NCBI GenBank assembly: GCA_965218425.1
Contig: OZ244621.1
Coordinates: 3,936,001 to 4,000,000, forward strand
DNA: 64,000 nucleotides
Source of the DNA: an uncultured Candidatus Binatia bacterium
Lineage (GTDB): Bacteria; Desulfobacterota; Binatia; UBA9968; CAXXLF01
Reading direction: 5' to 3'
Shown: positions 29,866 to 41,087 of the stretch, in pieces
How the letters are laid out: each line of letters opens with the position of its first letter
Position numbering within the stretch: position 1 is the first letter of the stretch
The notes under the pieces: generated by a model
Seen by the model: only the letters and a program-made list of their open reading frames with translations
Told to the model about the DNA's origin: nothing
Databases searched by the model: none
Position numbers and translations under genes: made by a program

Positions 29866-31029
29866 TTACTTCCCACGCTCACGGAGTATTTTTTTCACAA
29901 TCTCGAGGATGGCCGGTCTGGTTTTATAGATCTGATCCGTCGCTTGCAGATAATTGACCCCTTTAACACGCCGATACTCCAGAGGGATCATGTCTTTCGA
30001 GATGTCTTCCCTCATGGAGTTACCCGAGCTGGGATTGTCTGCGGCGGATATTCGCTGGAAGGCTAGCTGGCCCTCCCGTGAAAGAACCCAGTTGATAAAA
30101 ACCTTGGCAGCATTGGGATGAGGGGCTCGATTGATCCGCGCGAGAACTCCCCGGGATGGACCCAAGAGGCCTGTTTCTTTAAACTGCGAAGGAGTAAATT
30201 CATCAACAGGAAGTCCTTGCTTTTTCGCGTCATCGGAACCGCGATTGAAAAAGTAGAGGGCAAACTTCCCTACCGCAAGCCAATCCATGGTCTGGGCGTA
30301 ACTCCTAGTGAGGGCAATATCCATTTCGCCGAATAGCCGTCTAACGTATTTGGGGCCAATGTCTGACTTATTGTAGAAAAACAGCCCCCGATACCTCCTG
30401 TCCTTGGATTTCTAGGATCAGGGATTACGATCTTTTTTTTCCACTTGGGCTTGAGAAGGTCCCAATATGACTTTATTTCACGTGGGTCCACCAGTTTGGT
30501 ATTGTAAGCAATATCCCCAGCGCGAATCGTCCCCTCAAAAGAAAAAAAGTACTGACGGTGGAAGTCAAGATACTGGTGTTTTCCGTTCCACCACTTGGAC
30601 TGATCTTTCACCTCGGGCAGAATGAATTCCGTGTCGATGGTACCCACGATTCTGCGTTTAACAAAAAATTGGATCAGTGTACCTAAGGGAGATCCAAAGT
30701 GAACATCAAATCTGTATTTACCAGCTCGCCGTTCGGTTAGAATGATCTGATTGCGTTGAGAAACCGGACAGGCGAATCCTTCGATAACCTTGATTTTGGG
30801 AAATCTTTTCTCAAACTCGGTATAAATAAGGTGAAAACCCTCTGACGGTTAGGACCACCAGTTTCCCTTCTTTTTCGGCCGCCTCTACGGTCTTTTTCCA
30901 TTGCATCTGCCCGCCAAACTCAGCCGCGCCAACCCGGATGGCAAACGGTATACACAAAATCACGGAGAATAGAAGTCCGGCGCCCACCAGCTTCCGCCAC
31001 CGTGGACATCGGTTTTTCGGATTGCGCAT
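29866..31029 (-). pseudogene. ABC solute-binding protein with two frameshifts (~30822 and C5 30385-89)
   Basis: Three ORF pieces (30811-31029, 30270-30647, 29866-30324) rebuild one SBP, a close paralog of 27279-28429. Confidence 0.85.
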
Positions 31030-31081
31030 CCTCGCAGGGCCCCACGTAACTCTTATTATCATGCTGCACCCCCTGTCAGGC

Positions 31082-32182
31082 TCAGCTCCCGCCTTGGTCC
31101 ACCGGATCCAGCCGAAGCGTGACACCCTTTTTCTCCAGTTCGCTATAGTATTCCTCTTTGATGGCCGGGTTTTCTTTGTCGTAACGGATCATAAACGAAT
31201 ACGCGTGCGGATTATCCGATCGCGCCGTTCCCACCGGATCGTATGTCCGCCCTGTACCGTATCTCGCGGGCCCGGAGTGGATTGCAAGCTGAGTGAGGCG
31301 CCCTTTACCCGTATTGAAATGTTGGTGAAATTCATTGTGCTCCGGCGCAATGACTGCATAAGGTTTTGTGAGAACTTTACGCCGATTCTTTTCCTCACCC
31401 GGCATAAAGAGCAGCTCGTATCCTTCCCCCTCCACAACGATCACGTGAGCCCCGGCGCCATGTCTGTGGGCTGTGGCGTAGGTTCCTGGCGAGACGTCCA
31501 GAATGTGAAGTCCTATGGAGCAGCTGGCCATGGAAATGCGCATAATCGAGGTCCGAACCCCCCGTTCCTCCCAGGCATCCAGGGAAAACCGTCTAATGTC
31601 CGGTATAAAGTTTGTTTCGAAGAGTCTCTTATTCCAGTGTTTTCCCTCGTCGGCAAAAAAGCTCGGCATAAAATAGGAATACCTGTCCTTCAGTGAAAAC
31701 GGGTTGTTATAAACAAACTCTTCGTTATGATACAGATTGAGTACATGAGCCATATTGGATAGGAAAACCATTCGACATGGCTGTTCAGCGGAACTGTTGA
31801 ACTCCTGATGCCATGCATTCAGAGGAACGGCTAGCATTGATCCCTCTTCCCATTCCACCGTTTGCTTGGGCTCACCTTCCTGCCATATGGTGGATGCTCC
31901 CCGTCCTTTCATGACATACATAATCGCTTCGAAGATGTGACGCTCCGGTTTCAACTCTCCCCTTGGAGGTATTTCAACGATTTGAAGGTTGTAAGTCTCC
32001 TGGTTCCCCATACGGGTGTATGCGGCTTTTCCTCCTCTTCGTTCCCAGTCCGCCAGTTGCAGGGTGGTCAGGTCTTCCAGGGCGCTGCCTTCATACAGCG
32101 GCACTCCTTCGCGACGAACAAAATTCTGATAGGAGCTTCTTACATACCACTCATCAAAAGTCATCGATTTCTCGGTCGCCAT
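31082..32182 (-). CDS. Bicupin protein of unknown function
   Basis: ERHIFE...PLNAWHQ and AHRHGAGA...FHQHFN cupin motifs; ETNFIPD. Confidence 0.8.
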   Translation of the reverse strand: MATEKSMTFDEWYVRSSYQNFVRREGVPLYEGSALEDLTTLQLADWERRGGKAAYTRMGNQETYNLQIVEIPPRGELKPERHIFEAIMYVMKGRGASTIWQEGEPKQTVEWEEGSMLAVPLNAWHQEFNSSAEQPCRMVFLSNMAHVLNLYHNEEFVYNNPFSLKDRYSYFMPSFFADEGKHWNKRLFETNFIPDIRRFSLDAWEERGVRTSIMRISMASCSIGLHILDVSPGTYATAHRHGAGAHVIVVEGEGYELLFMPGEEKNRRKVLTKPYAVIAPEHNEFHQHFNTGKGRLTQLAIHSGPARYGTGRTYDPVGTARSDNPHAYSFMIRYDKENPAIKEEYYSELEKKGVTLRLDPVDQGGS

Positions 32183-32208
32183 TTTCTCCTCACTTCCTTG
32201 ACTGCTCG

Positions 32209-33174
32209 CTACCTACCGTTCTCCGTTTCCCAATAGGCAACCCCCATACCCATCACCGCACTGTAAAAGGGCTCGTAGGCAAGGACCTTGGCGGGGACTT
32301 CCCCCACGGCCCCCACTAGAGTGATCCAACTCCGCATCTCGATGCCCCCATTGTCGAGCAGGTCCCTCGAGCTCAGTTCCGTAAGCTTCTCCCCATGGCC
32401 TCTTTCCATGTGTGCTACGGCTCTGCGGTCGAATTCCTCACTGATGGAGCCCACGCTGTAAGGCCCCTTATAATGTTTCCAGGGATAGCCGGCGGTAAAA
32501 TGAGAAAGTCCCCCCGAAGCATAGATGGCAACCCGTTCCCCCGCAGGCCGACTCTCAACGATCTCCTTAATCGTGCGGCCAAGCCCGTAACACCTTGCGG
32601 GGCTCGGAGCAGGCACGTGGATCGCGTTGACAAAGATAAGAACCACCGGGATATCCGCCTCGGGCACCACCATTTTCAAGATAGGACCGTGGGCGTGGGA
32701 GATGAGCTCCGAATTGGGGAAAGACCTGCAAAACGACATGTCAAAATCCCGGTCCACCAAACCATCCAGTATGCTTTGAGCGAGCGTGGAATGTGAATCA
32801 TACCTGGCCCCCCGCTTTCTCGCTCCACCCCCACTACGTTCCGTGTTGAAAAATTCGTCTCCGACGTAGATGGCAAATTGCGGTACGTTTTGTTCTGTGA
32901 AATGCTCGTCCTGATCGTCTCCGATAAGAATCAAAGCATCGGGTTTTTTCGCTTTCAACGTCTCGCGGAAAAAGTCGAAACCGCCGCTCACCCGACTGTA
33001 CCTCTTCTGGTTGCCTTCCAGGGTCTCCTCCGCAATCTTTGGGTCCAGCGGCGGTTCCACCCCGTACCGGCGTTTATAGTTTGCCTTGGTCCGCTGCCGC
33101 ATGGTCTCCCAGCCCGCTGGATTCACCAAAGCATAGGCATGCGACGACGCCATGCCTGCCACGATTTTACCCAT
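32209..33174 (-). CDS. LigB/DesZ-like extradiol dioxygenase (paralog of 22070-23050)
   Basis: Identical N-terminus MGKIVAGMASSHA; GDDQDEHF, SGGLSHF. Confidence 0.85.
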   Translation of the reverse strand: MGKIVAGMASSHAYALVNPAGWETMRQRTKANYKRRYGVEPPLDPKIAEETLEGNQKRYSRVSGGFDFFRETLKAKKPDALILIGDDQDEHFTEQNVPQFAIYVGDEFFNTERSGGGARKRGARYDSHSTLAQSILDGLVDRDFDMSFCRSFPNSELISHAHGPILKMVVPEADIPVVLIFVNAIHVPAPSPARCYGLGRTIKEIVESRPAGERVAIYASGGLSHFTAGYPWKHYKGPYSVGSISEEFDRRAVAHMERGHGEKLTELSSRDLLDNGGIEMRSWITLVGAVGEVPAKVLAYEPFYSAVMGMGVAYWETENGR

Positions 33175-33234
33175 AACACACTCCTTTCCTCATGAAAAAA
33201 GAACCAATCCGTCTCTAAACTTGCCCATACACCA

Positions 33235-34362
33235 TCACTTTCTTTTGGCCTGTGCAAGGGCTCGATTAACAATCTTATAGATAGGTGTCATATCAGAGGT
33301 CCGATCCAACTCGATATAATCGTTTCCCTCTTTCCATCTGACCTCAGGTAGGACGATATCTTTTGGTATATCAATGCGGCGTGACTCGGCATCCTGAACA
33401 TCTCTTAATACTTGTTGCAGTTTGCTCTGGCCTTCTCGAGAAAGAAGCCAGTTAATAAATACCTTGGCCGCATTGGGATGGGGGGCATTCTTCATGAGCA
33501 CCAGATTGCCCGAGTGAGAAACTATCCCGCTTCCCTCCCCCCAACCCTCAGTTTGAAATGAACCCACCGGTAACCCTTGCCGTTTTGCCGCGTCCACCTT
33601 CGAACAGAAAAAACATATGGGATACTTTCCAACGGCGAGCCAATCCGTCCCTTGGCGGGTGTCCCGATACAGGGTCAAATCCATGTCCTCAAATAGACGC
33701 CTGATGAACTTCGGTCCTAGCTTGGAGTTGTGATAAAAGAACAGCATCGCACCATTCCCCGGTCCTGGGCTCCTGATATCCCGCGCCATGAGTTCGCCCT
33801 TCCTCTTGGGGTCCACAAAGTCCCAAAAGGAATCAAAATCCTTAGGATTGATCTTTTTGGAATTGTAATGCACGCCGCCTTGTTGAACCACGCTCAGGTA
33901 AGTGAAGATATATCGCTCCTCAGGATCCGGGTAGAAGTGTCCCCCGCGCCACTTGGACGTATCCTCAACTTCAGGGAGCATGATAGCAGGGCGGATCGGA
34001 TCAAGGACTCCAGCCTTACGCAGATCGTTGACGGACCTCACCCCCGCACTGTACACATCCGCAATGTGCTTGCCGGCCCGCCGTTCGGTTAGTATGCGTT
34101 GCGTGATATGACGGGTTTGGCCGGCAACGGAGACCAGCTTGACGTTCGGATATCGCTTCTGAAAGGCACGAAACACCCCGTCGTAACCCGTCTTGATGTA
34201 AACGTTAACCCGGCCTTCCTTCTTGGCGGCAGACAAAGTCTTCTCCCACTCTGCCTGGTCGGCCCGTGCCATGTGCACCAGGCTTACCAAAGCAAAGAAA
34301 AAGACGATCATTGCAAATAAGACTCTCAGGCTTGTACTGTTTTTCTGATCGCAATACATCAT
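33235..34362 (-). CDS. ABC solute-binding protein
   Basis: Signal peptide, WEKTLSAAKKEG, ERRAGK, APHPNAAKVFINW. Confidence 0.88.
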   Translation of the reverse strand: MMYCDQKNSTSLRVLFAMIVFFFALVSLVHMARADQAEWEKTLSAAKKEGRVNVYIKTGYDGVFRAFQKRYPNVKLVSVAGQTRHITQRILTERRAGKHIADVYSAGVRSVNDLRKAGVLDPIRPAIMLPEVEDTSKWRGGHFYPDPEERYIFTYLSVVQQGGVHYNSKKINPKDFDSFWDFVDPKRKGELMARDIRSPGPGNGAMLFFYHNSKLGPKFIRRLFEDMDLTLYRDTRQGTDWLAVGKYPICFFCSKVDAAKRQGLPVGSFQTEGWGEGSGIVSHSGNLVLMKNAPHPNAAKVFINWLLSREGQSKLQQVLRDVQDAESRRIDIPKDIVLPEVRWKEGNDYIELDRTSDMTPIYKIVNRALAQAKRK

Positions 34363-34531
34363 TAGTTTACCTCCACTTCAAATTTCAGTAGCCTGTCCGG
34401 TGGACGCTAAAGCTTCCCGAACCGATCAACCTATTCCACTTATTCAATCGAAATATCTGCCATGTCCGATGGTGTCGTCCATCCTACTCTGACCTGGCAC
34501 CGTTCTGCCGTTACCCTGAGAACAAAAATCT

Positions 34532-35659
34532 TTACCTCCTACGGCGGCTCTGCTTGATGATCTTCTTGATGAAGTTTTCCAGTGAGGTCATGTCGGCATA
34601 TTGCGGCTGATCTACATCGAAATAAGTTGCCCCCTTAACTAGCCTGTATTCCACGGGAACGTCATCCTTGGGTATATCGATCCTCCGTGAGTTGGGCGGG
34701 GTACCTCTGCTCAACCTTTGCATCTCTATCTGTCCCCTACGGGATAGAAACCAGTTGATGAAGACCTTCGCCGCATTGGGATTGGGGCCTCGGTTGACGA
34801 GGCTCATCATGGAGCCACCGCCACTAATATAGGCCCCATCTTTCTTCCACGTGTTGCCGGTGAAGGAGTCCACTGGGAGGCCTTGATTTTTGGCTGTTCG
34901 CAACCTCTTACACCCCAGACAAAAAGAGAATTTTCCATGACCCAGCCAGTCGATCATCTGACGCACGCTCTTGCTTAAGGTCACATCCATGGTCCCGTAA
35001 AACTTCTGGATATATTCAGGACCAAGGTGCGGGGTGTGGTAAAAAAACATCAGAGGCTGCCCGATACCTACCTCTCTGGGATCTAGCGACACAATTTTAC
35101 CCTTCCACCTTGGTTTTAAAACGTCCCAGTACGAGCTAAACTCCTTTGGATTCACGAGGTTCACGTTATAAGCAAAGGCACCCGATGGTCGTGCGGCGTA
35201 AAGAAAAATATACTTACCCCCAGCGTCGAGAAATCCGTGTTTGCCTCCCAGCCATTTGGTCTCATCCTCGACCTCGGGTAGTATAAATGCGTTCTTGATG
35301 GAATCTAAGGCCCCGTGCTTGCGAAAGTAAGTCTGCGTTCCAGGACCCACGATGAGCACATCGGGAATGTATTTACCGGCTCTCCTTTCAGCTGTGATCC
35401 TCCCCATTAGCCCGGCCGGTCTAGCGGTAACCGACAACACTTTGATACCGGGATACTCTTTCTTAAAGACCTCGATGGACTGCTTGTAGCTGCTCATGTA
35501 AACCGCGACTTGCCCTTCTTTTCTTGCAGCTGCCACTGTCCTTTCCCATTCCGTTTGCCAACTGGCCCAAGCGGTGCAGGTTAGCCAAAATAAGCAGACA
35601 AAAAAGGTTGCCGTATGAAAAAGGCACACCTGCCTTGCAGCTTTATAAAGCCTATCCAT
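34532..35659 (-). CDS. ABC solute-binding protein
   Basis: Same family motifs; start after aggagg. Confidence 0.88.
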   Translation of the reverse strand: MDRLYKAARQVCLFHTATFFVCLFWLTCTAWASWQTEWERTVAAARKEGQVAVYMSSYKQSIEVFKKEYPGIKVLSVTARPAGLMGRITAERRAGKYIPDVLIVGPGTQTYFRKHGALDSIKNAFILPEVEDETKWLGGKHGFLDAGGKYIFLYAARPSGAFAYNVNLVNPKEFSSYWDVLKPRWKGKIVSLDPREVGIGQPLMFFYHTPHLGPEYIQKFYGTMDVTLSKSVRQMIDWLGHGKFSFCLGCKRLRTAKNQGLPVDSFTGNTWKKDGAYISGGGSMMSLVNRGPNPNAAKVFINWFLSRRGQIEMQRLSRGTPPNSRRIDIPKDDVPVEYRLVKGATYFDVDQPQYADMTSLENFIKKIIKQSRRRR

Positions 35660-35799
35660 CTTTAATGACCTCCTACAAAATTTTGTTGTGCACTTGCACA
35701 AAGACCAATCCCTAGCCTGCCAATCCACTCATAGCCAATTTTGCATCCCCATTTTTGCCCGTTCTCACTAATTGAAATCGATTCCTGGTGCAATTGATT

Positions 35800-36918
35800 T
35801 TACCCAGAATGTTCCAATGCTTTTTTGAAGACCTTCAATATAGGTCCCATCTGAATCCATTCAGATTGGCCGTCCAAATCCAGATACTCAACCCCTTCCA
35901 TTCGCCGTACCTCTGGCAGGACACCGTCTTTTGGTATATCGATTCTACGAGACTCCGCATCCTGGACATCCCTTAGAACTCTCTGCAACTCCATCTGCCC
36001 TTCACGAGATAGTATCCAGTTTACAAAGACTTTAGCAGCATTGGGGTGCGGGGCATTTTTCATCAGCGCCATGCTGCCCGAATGAGAAACGAGTCCCACC
36101 CCTTCTTTCCAATCGACCCTGAAGCTATCCACAGGGAGCCCTTGTTCCTTGGCCTTCCTTATACGCGAACAGAAGAAGCAAATGGCAAACTTGCCTTTGG
36201 CCAACCAATCCGGTCCCTGACGAAAATCTCGAAACAACGTAACATTCGTTTCTCCAAATAGCCGCCTAATAAACTTTGGGCCGAGCTTTGGATTGTGATA
36301 AAAAAACCTCATGGCACCACTTCCCGGGCCGGCAACTCTTATATCACGGGCCTCAATTTTTCCTTTCCATTTGGGTTTCACAAAGTCCCAGAGGGATTTA
36401 AACTCACTTGGGTTCACGAGGTTCACGTTGTAATGTGCCCCGCCGCGCTGAGTTACACTAAGAAAAATAAAAACATATTTTCCCTCGGGATCTGCATACC
36501 GGTGCCCCCTGTACCATGCAGACTCATCCAACACCTCCGGTAATAGAAGAAGTGGACGGATGGGAGCTAAATGCTTGGCACGATATAGCTGAGGATAGGG
36601 AAATGGAACACCTTGAATAAAGACATCAGCAAGGTGCTTGTGAGCCCTACGCTCGGCAAGAATACGCTGTGTTACTTGGAACGACTGCCCTGTAACACCG
36701 ACAACTTTGATTTCGGGAAATCGTTTCTGAAAAAGAGGGAAAACACCATTGTAACCAACCTTTATATAAACCGTGACCTGCCCTTCTCTTTTAGCCGCGG
36801 CTAGGGTCTTCTCCCATTCCGCCTGCCAGCCGGCCCAGGCACCTTGGGGCAAGCAGATCAGCGATACGATGAAGGTCAATATCCCTGAACAAATGTGTCT
36901 GCGTTTGTCATTGCCCAT
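35800..36918 (-). CDS. ABC solute-binding protein
   Basis: WQAEWEKTLAAAKREG, LPEV, APHPNAA. Confidence 0.88.
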   Translation of the reverse strand: MGNDKRRHICSGILTFIVSLICLPQGAWAGWQAEWEKTLAAAKREGQVTVYIKVGYNGVFPLFQKRFPEIKVVGVTGQSFQVTQRILAERRAHKHLADVFIQGVPFPYPQLYRAKHLAPIRPLLLLPEVLDESAWYRGHRYADPEGKYVFIFLSVTQRGGAHYNVNLVNPSEFKSLWDFVKPKWKGKIEARDIRVAGPGSGAMRFFYHNPKLGPKFIRRLFGETNVTLFRDFRQGPDWLAKGKFAICFFCSRIRKAKEQGLPVDSFRVDWKEGVGLVSHSGSMALMKNAPHPNAAKVFVNWILSREGQMELQRVLRDVQDAESRRIDIPKDGVLPEVRRMEGVEYLDLDGQSEWIQMGPILKVFKKALEHSG

Positions 36919-36976
36919 GGCATCCCTTCCTTTTAGAAGCATTGTTGCGCGCCAGTTGGGGCACCGCCACGGTTTT

Positions 36977-38086
36977 CTACCTCTTCTGCATACCCGTCCC
37001 AATAATTTCTTTCGCAAACTCTATGAGGTACGTGGGGTCGGAGTATTTCGGCTGATCCACTTCGAAATACTTCCTCCCCTCAATAAGCTGGTATTCCGGC
37101 GCAATATAGTCTTTCGGTACATCGATCCTGCGCGAGTTCTTTGGAGTTCCTCTGCTGTCCAGTTTCTGCATGGCGATTTGTCCTTTGCGGGAGAGATACC
37201 AGTTTACAAACACCTTAGCCGCATTGGGATGGGGATGTCTATTGAACATCCCGATGGAATCACCACCCGCCGCGAAGTACGTCCCTTCTTTCCATTGGTT
37301 ACTGGGGAAATTTTTCAGCGGCAAACCCTGGTCGATCGCGGATTGAATCCTTTTGCAGCCCATGCAAAAGGAGAATTTTCCATGACCCAGCCAGTCGATC
37401 ATCTGGCGCGTGCTCTTGCTCAAGGTAACCTCCATCTCCGTATAGAGTTTCCTGATGTACTTACGACCCAGCGTGGGTGTATGATAGAAAAACGTCAAAG
37501 GCTGACCGATACCTGTTTCTCTAGGATCCAGGGAGACGATTTTACCCTTCCATTTGGGTTTGAGGACGTCCCAATAAGAGGAAAACTCTTTTGGATCGAC
37601 GAGGTTCACGTTATAAGCGTACACGCCCGAGGGTCGTCCCATGTAAAGAAAGATATACTTCCCTTCATGGTCAATATAGCCGTGTTTACCGCCGAACCAT
37701 TTCGAGGTATCCAAAACTTCGGGAAGGATGAGAGCCGGCTTTATCGGCGTTAACGTGTTTCTCTTGTGAAGGAGGACAATGGCGGTGGGTCCCATGATGA
37801 TCAAATCAGGGATGTATTTGCCTGCTCTCCGTTCCGCCATGATCCTCGCGATCACGCCCGCTGGCCTACCCGTAACGGTGACTACCTTTATGTCCGGATA
37901 CTCCCGCTTGAAGGCGTTTAGAGAGGCTTTAGCCGAACTCAGATAGACGTTGACCTGTCCCTCTTTCCTTGCCTCCGACAGGGTTCGTTCCCACTCGCCA
38001 CTCCAGCCAGCTTGGGCATTGCACAGGAAAAAGGTTCCCAGGCAAAAGGCGAAAGCGATGGTTAGCATCTGTCTTGTTCTCAACAT
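36977..38086 (-). CDS. ABC solute-binding protein (close paralog of 34532-35659)
   Basis: Shared AERRAGKYIPD, GIGQPL.FFYHTP, RQMIDWLGHGKFSFC. Confidence 0.88.
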   Translation of the reverse strand: MLRTRQMLTIAFAFCLGTFFLCNAQAGWSGEWERTLSEARKEGQVNVYLSSAKASLNAFKREYPDIKVVTVTGRPAGVIARIMAERRAGKYIPDLIIMGPTAIVLLHKRNTLTPIKPALILPEVLDTSKWFGGKHGYIDHEGKYIFLYMGRPSGVYAYNVNLVDPKEFSSYWDVLKPKWKGKIVSLDPRETGIGQPLTFFYHTPTLGRKYIRKLYTEMEVTLSKSTRQMIDWLGHGKFSFCMGCKRIQSAIDQGLPLKNFPSNQWKEGTYFAAGGDSIGMFNRHPHPNAAKVFVNWYLSRKGQIAMQKLDSRGTPKNSRRIDVPKDYIAPEYQLIEGRKYFEVDQPKYSDPTYLIEFAKEIIGTGMQKR

Positions 38087-38122
38087 GGGATCACCTCCAT
38101 CGTCTTGTTTTAAACTCGTTCC

Positions 38123-39573
38123 TTATCTTCCCATGGCCGGGTGCCCTGATGAAGCCCCGATATCCTGTATCAACCCGGCCCATCGTTCCATGACTTGTCG
38201 TCTTTCTTCATCAGAGAAAATGTTTGTCTTGGGAAACGATTCCCGCCAGGAATAGGGCTTACAGGCGTCGATCAGCATCCGTCCCATGGTATATTCGTGA
38301 GAGGTCTTTTGCGTTGGGGTCAACCTAGGATCGAGATCGCTGGTCCACGCCGAGTGGATGATGTCCACGGAACTTGACGGGTCCACCCTTGTGCACAGCG
38401 CCCAGAGGAGATCTCGCATATTAGACGGGTCGATGTCTTCGTCCACGGCAACATAGTAACGGAACATGCTTCCGCCCGCCGTTATTCCATTGGCCGTGAG
38501 CAGTGCCTGCTTTGCATGGCCTGCATAGCGTGGCCGAAGCGCAATCACCAGCATGAGCCCCTGGCAATATCCCCACACACCCGTGATATCCGAAACCCCT
38601 GACCGTTCAAGGTGGTCCCAGACCCGCGCAGCGACTCCCGGCAAATCGTCATACCATCCCAGCAACGGCCGCAGCGGTGGGCTGCCGTAGACAATGGGTG
38701 CCGTCCGGTAGGAGATGTGCTTAACCCGTACGACACACTCTTGACCCGAATGGGAATAGTAGCCCGGCCACTCGCCAAAGGGGCCCTCAAACGCCGTCTC
38801 CTCATTCGGCGACGGCATTTCTCCTTCAAAAACAATTTCGGCATGGGCAGGTATCGGGAGACCGGTTCGTGGACCGTTCAGCACTTCCACTGGCGCATCT
38901 CGCAGGGCACCCGCCTCTTCGTATTTTGCTCGACTTGTGGCAGCCATAAAGGTCAACGGATCACATCCAAGCACCAGGGCCACTGGGCAGGGCAACCCCT
39001 TTGACCAGTATTTTTCCGCAATGATCCTGTCGCGCTTGTGCCCGATGACCCACAAACTCACGCGGTCTCGGCCCTGCACACATGCACGGTAGGTACCAAA
39101 GTTGATCCATCCCGTATCCGGGTCCCGAACCACCACAATGTCGCCGGTCCCAATATAGCGGCCACCGTCACCCGAATGCCATTTGGGAGCGGGAAACATA
39201 GAGATATCGACGTCCTGGCCCCCTAGTTGATGTTCGAGCACGGGACCATCATCAACCGGCACCGGTGGGTGCGGCTTTTGCTTTTGACGCCTCTCCCTTA
39301 GTAATTTTACGAGTTCTATGGGGTGTGCATCTTTGGGCAGGCCCAAAGCCAAGGCGTATCGGCGCAGGCTCTTTGCATAGACATTACTAGCAACGCGGAA
39401 ATCTTGCGGAAATCCCTGAAAGCGATCGAAGAGAAGCAAGGGTCCATCGCGCTCGGCTGATAACTCGGTCAAACAGCCCACCTCAAGCTCTAAATCGGCA
39501 CCGTGGACAATTTTCACGTCCCAAACTCTTCAGCCGTCTTTATGAATTCCCCCAAGGATTTATGAGCCATCAT
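38123..39573 (-). CDS. UbiD-family decarboxylase with a frameshift ~39521 near the N-terminus (possible pseudogene)
   Basis: MMAHKSLGEFIKTAEEFG is out of frame with VKIVHGAD...; NFGTYR, EGPFGEWPGYY. Confidence 0.85.
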
Positions 39574-39702
39574 GATCCTCACCTTCCGGCTATCTAGAAG
39601 TAGAGACAGCAACGACCGGGCCCGAAGCCTAATCGGACCTCACAAACGAAGCTTCAAGGTAACTTACCCGTCAGCGGCGCGAAGTTCCCACGACGCCCCA
39701 AA

Positions 39703-41007
39703 CTACGACCGACCTTCATAGGACGGCCTGCCAATCCAGCCGCGACCCTCAGCAACCAACCGGCGGCAGTAATCTCTCCAATCGACGGAAGCGGGGATGA
39801 TTCCGTAAGTGGCCACGATGGGCGGCAGAGTGCCCGATGGGTCTCGCAGCACGCCTGGCGGGTCACGCTCCTCCTGGACATCCTTGATAGCGCTCACGAG
39901 AAGCTTACGTCCCACCACGATGGGCGCATCAGAGGGCATGAGATGCTCCTGGGTCCGGTCCTGGATGGGGCCTGCTCCCTCTGTTGCGCAAAGATCCTGG
40001 GCCGCAAAATACTTCATGTCGATACCGCTATAGCTTTCCGATTTCATGGCCTCCCGTTTCTGCAGGTAACGGTTAGCCTTGTGCGGAATTGCCCTGTAGT
40101 CCGGCGGAGGAGTAAAGCTGTCACGGCTTCGCCTAAGCTCCTCCTTGTTGTAGGGCTTATCCTTATCGAATGAAATGACGTACTTCCAATGATGCGTGTC
40201 GTCAATTGGCACATGCCAGTTGAGTCCTCCGGCAGGGAATGCATAGTAATTTGGCAGAATCAGCGTCCCAACTCGTATGTACCGTTTGTCGGGTGCGATC
40301 TTACGGATCTTGCAAACCCTGAGTCCAAGACCCTCCACCACTTCCGCTTCACAGGTTTCCAGGTATGGAGCTGAGCCTCCTGAGCACAATTGCTCCGCGG
40401 AACCTGCGCCAGGGGGACGATTGGCTCCGGCGCTCACCTGCAAGTCTCGCGCGCTGTAGTGCAGAAATGAAACATGCAGGAGATCGATGTTACCCTCATT
40501 GCCTTGGAGGTAATTGCATTCGCTATAGATCTTTGTGGCGAATACATGTTCTTCCGGGTGAGCCAAGAAATCGTATTTGGGAAGTACCGGCGGCTCGCCA
40601 TGTCCAAGGTAGGCCAAGACAACCCCGTTACGTTCCACACAAGGATAAGCTGGATGACGGATGGAGCCCCGATGCTCACCCCCTCCCGGTTCCCCCGGTT
40701 GATCCAGGCAGCGACCGTTGATATCGTAAAGCCAGCCGTGGTAGATACACCGGAGTCCTCCATCTTCCACACGGCCATAACTCAAATCCGCCCCCCGATG
40801 TGAGCAGTGAATTCCAAGCAACCCCGGACGCCCCTTATCATCTCGAAACAAGACGAGATCTTCTCCCAGGAGCCGAACGGGCAGTGGAGCCCCACCTGGA
40901 GGCAACTCTTCTGAGAGTGCCGCGGGCTGCCAGTAACAGCGCAGCAACTCTCCGCAGGGAGTGCCGGGACCCGTTTGTGTCAACAATGCGTTTTCTTCTT
41001 TTGTCAT
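39703..41007 (-). CDS. Rieske oxygenase, phthalate 4,5-dioxygenase-like (copy 3)
   Basis: CSH...CIYH; NEGNIDLLHVSFLH; AQD. Confidence 0.92.
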   Translation of the reverse strand: MTKEENALLTQTGPGTPCGELLRCYWQPAALSEELPPGGAPLPVRLLGEDLVLFRDDKGRPGLLGIHCSHRGADLSYGRVEDGGLRCIYHGWLYDINGRCLDQPGEPGGGEHRGSIRHPAYPCVERNGVVLAYLGHGEPPVLPKYDFLAHPEEHVFATKIYSECNYLQGNEGNIDLLHVSFLHYSARDLQVSAGANRPPGAGSAEQLCSGGSAPYLETCEAEVVEGLGLRVCKIRKIAPDKRYIRVGTLILPNYYAFPAGGLNWHVPIDDTHHWKYVISFDKDKPYNKEELRRSRDSFTPPPDYRAIPHKANRYLQKREAMKSESYSGIDMKYFAAQDLCATEGAGPIQDRTQEHLMPSDAPIVVGRKLLVSAIKDVQEERDPPGVLRDPSGTLPPIVATYGIIPASVDWRDYCRRLVAEGRGWIGRPSYEGRS

Positions 41008-41087
41008 AGGCCCAATCCCTCTTTATTATTAATTAAATGGAAAACCAATAGAGTTTGATGAAGTTTTTGGAATACATGATCCATTGC

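Noticed and set aside
36773..37753. Long shadow ORFs (also 39-965, 30938-31696, 61408-62292, 62850-63551)
   Set aside because: They overlap well-supported genes and have no recognisable motifs.
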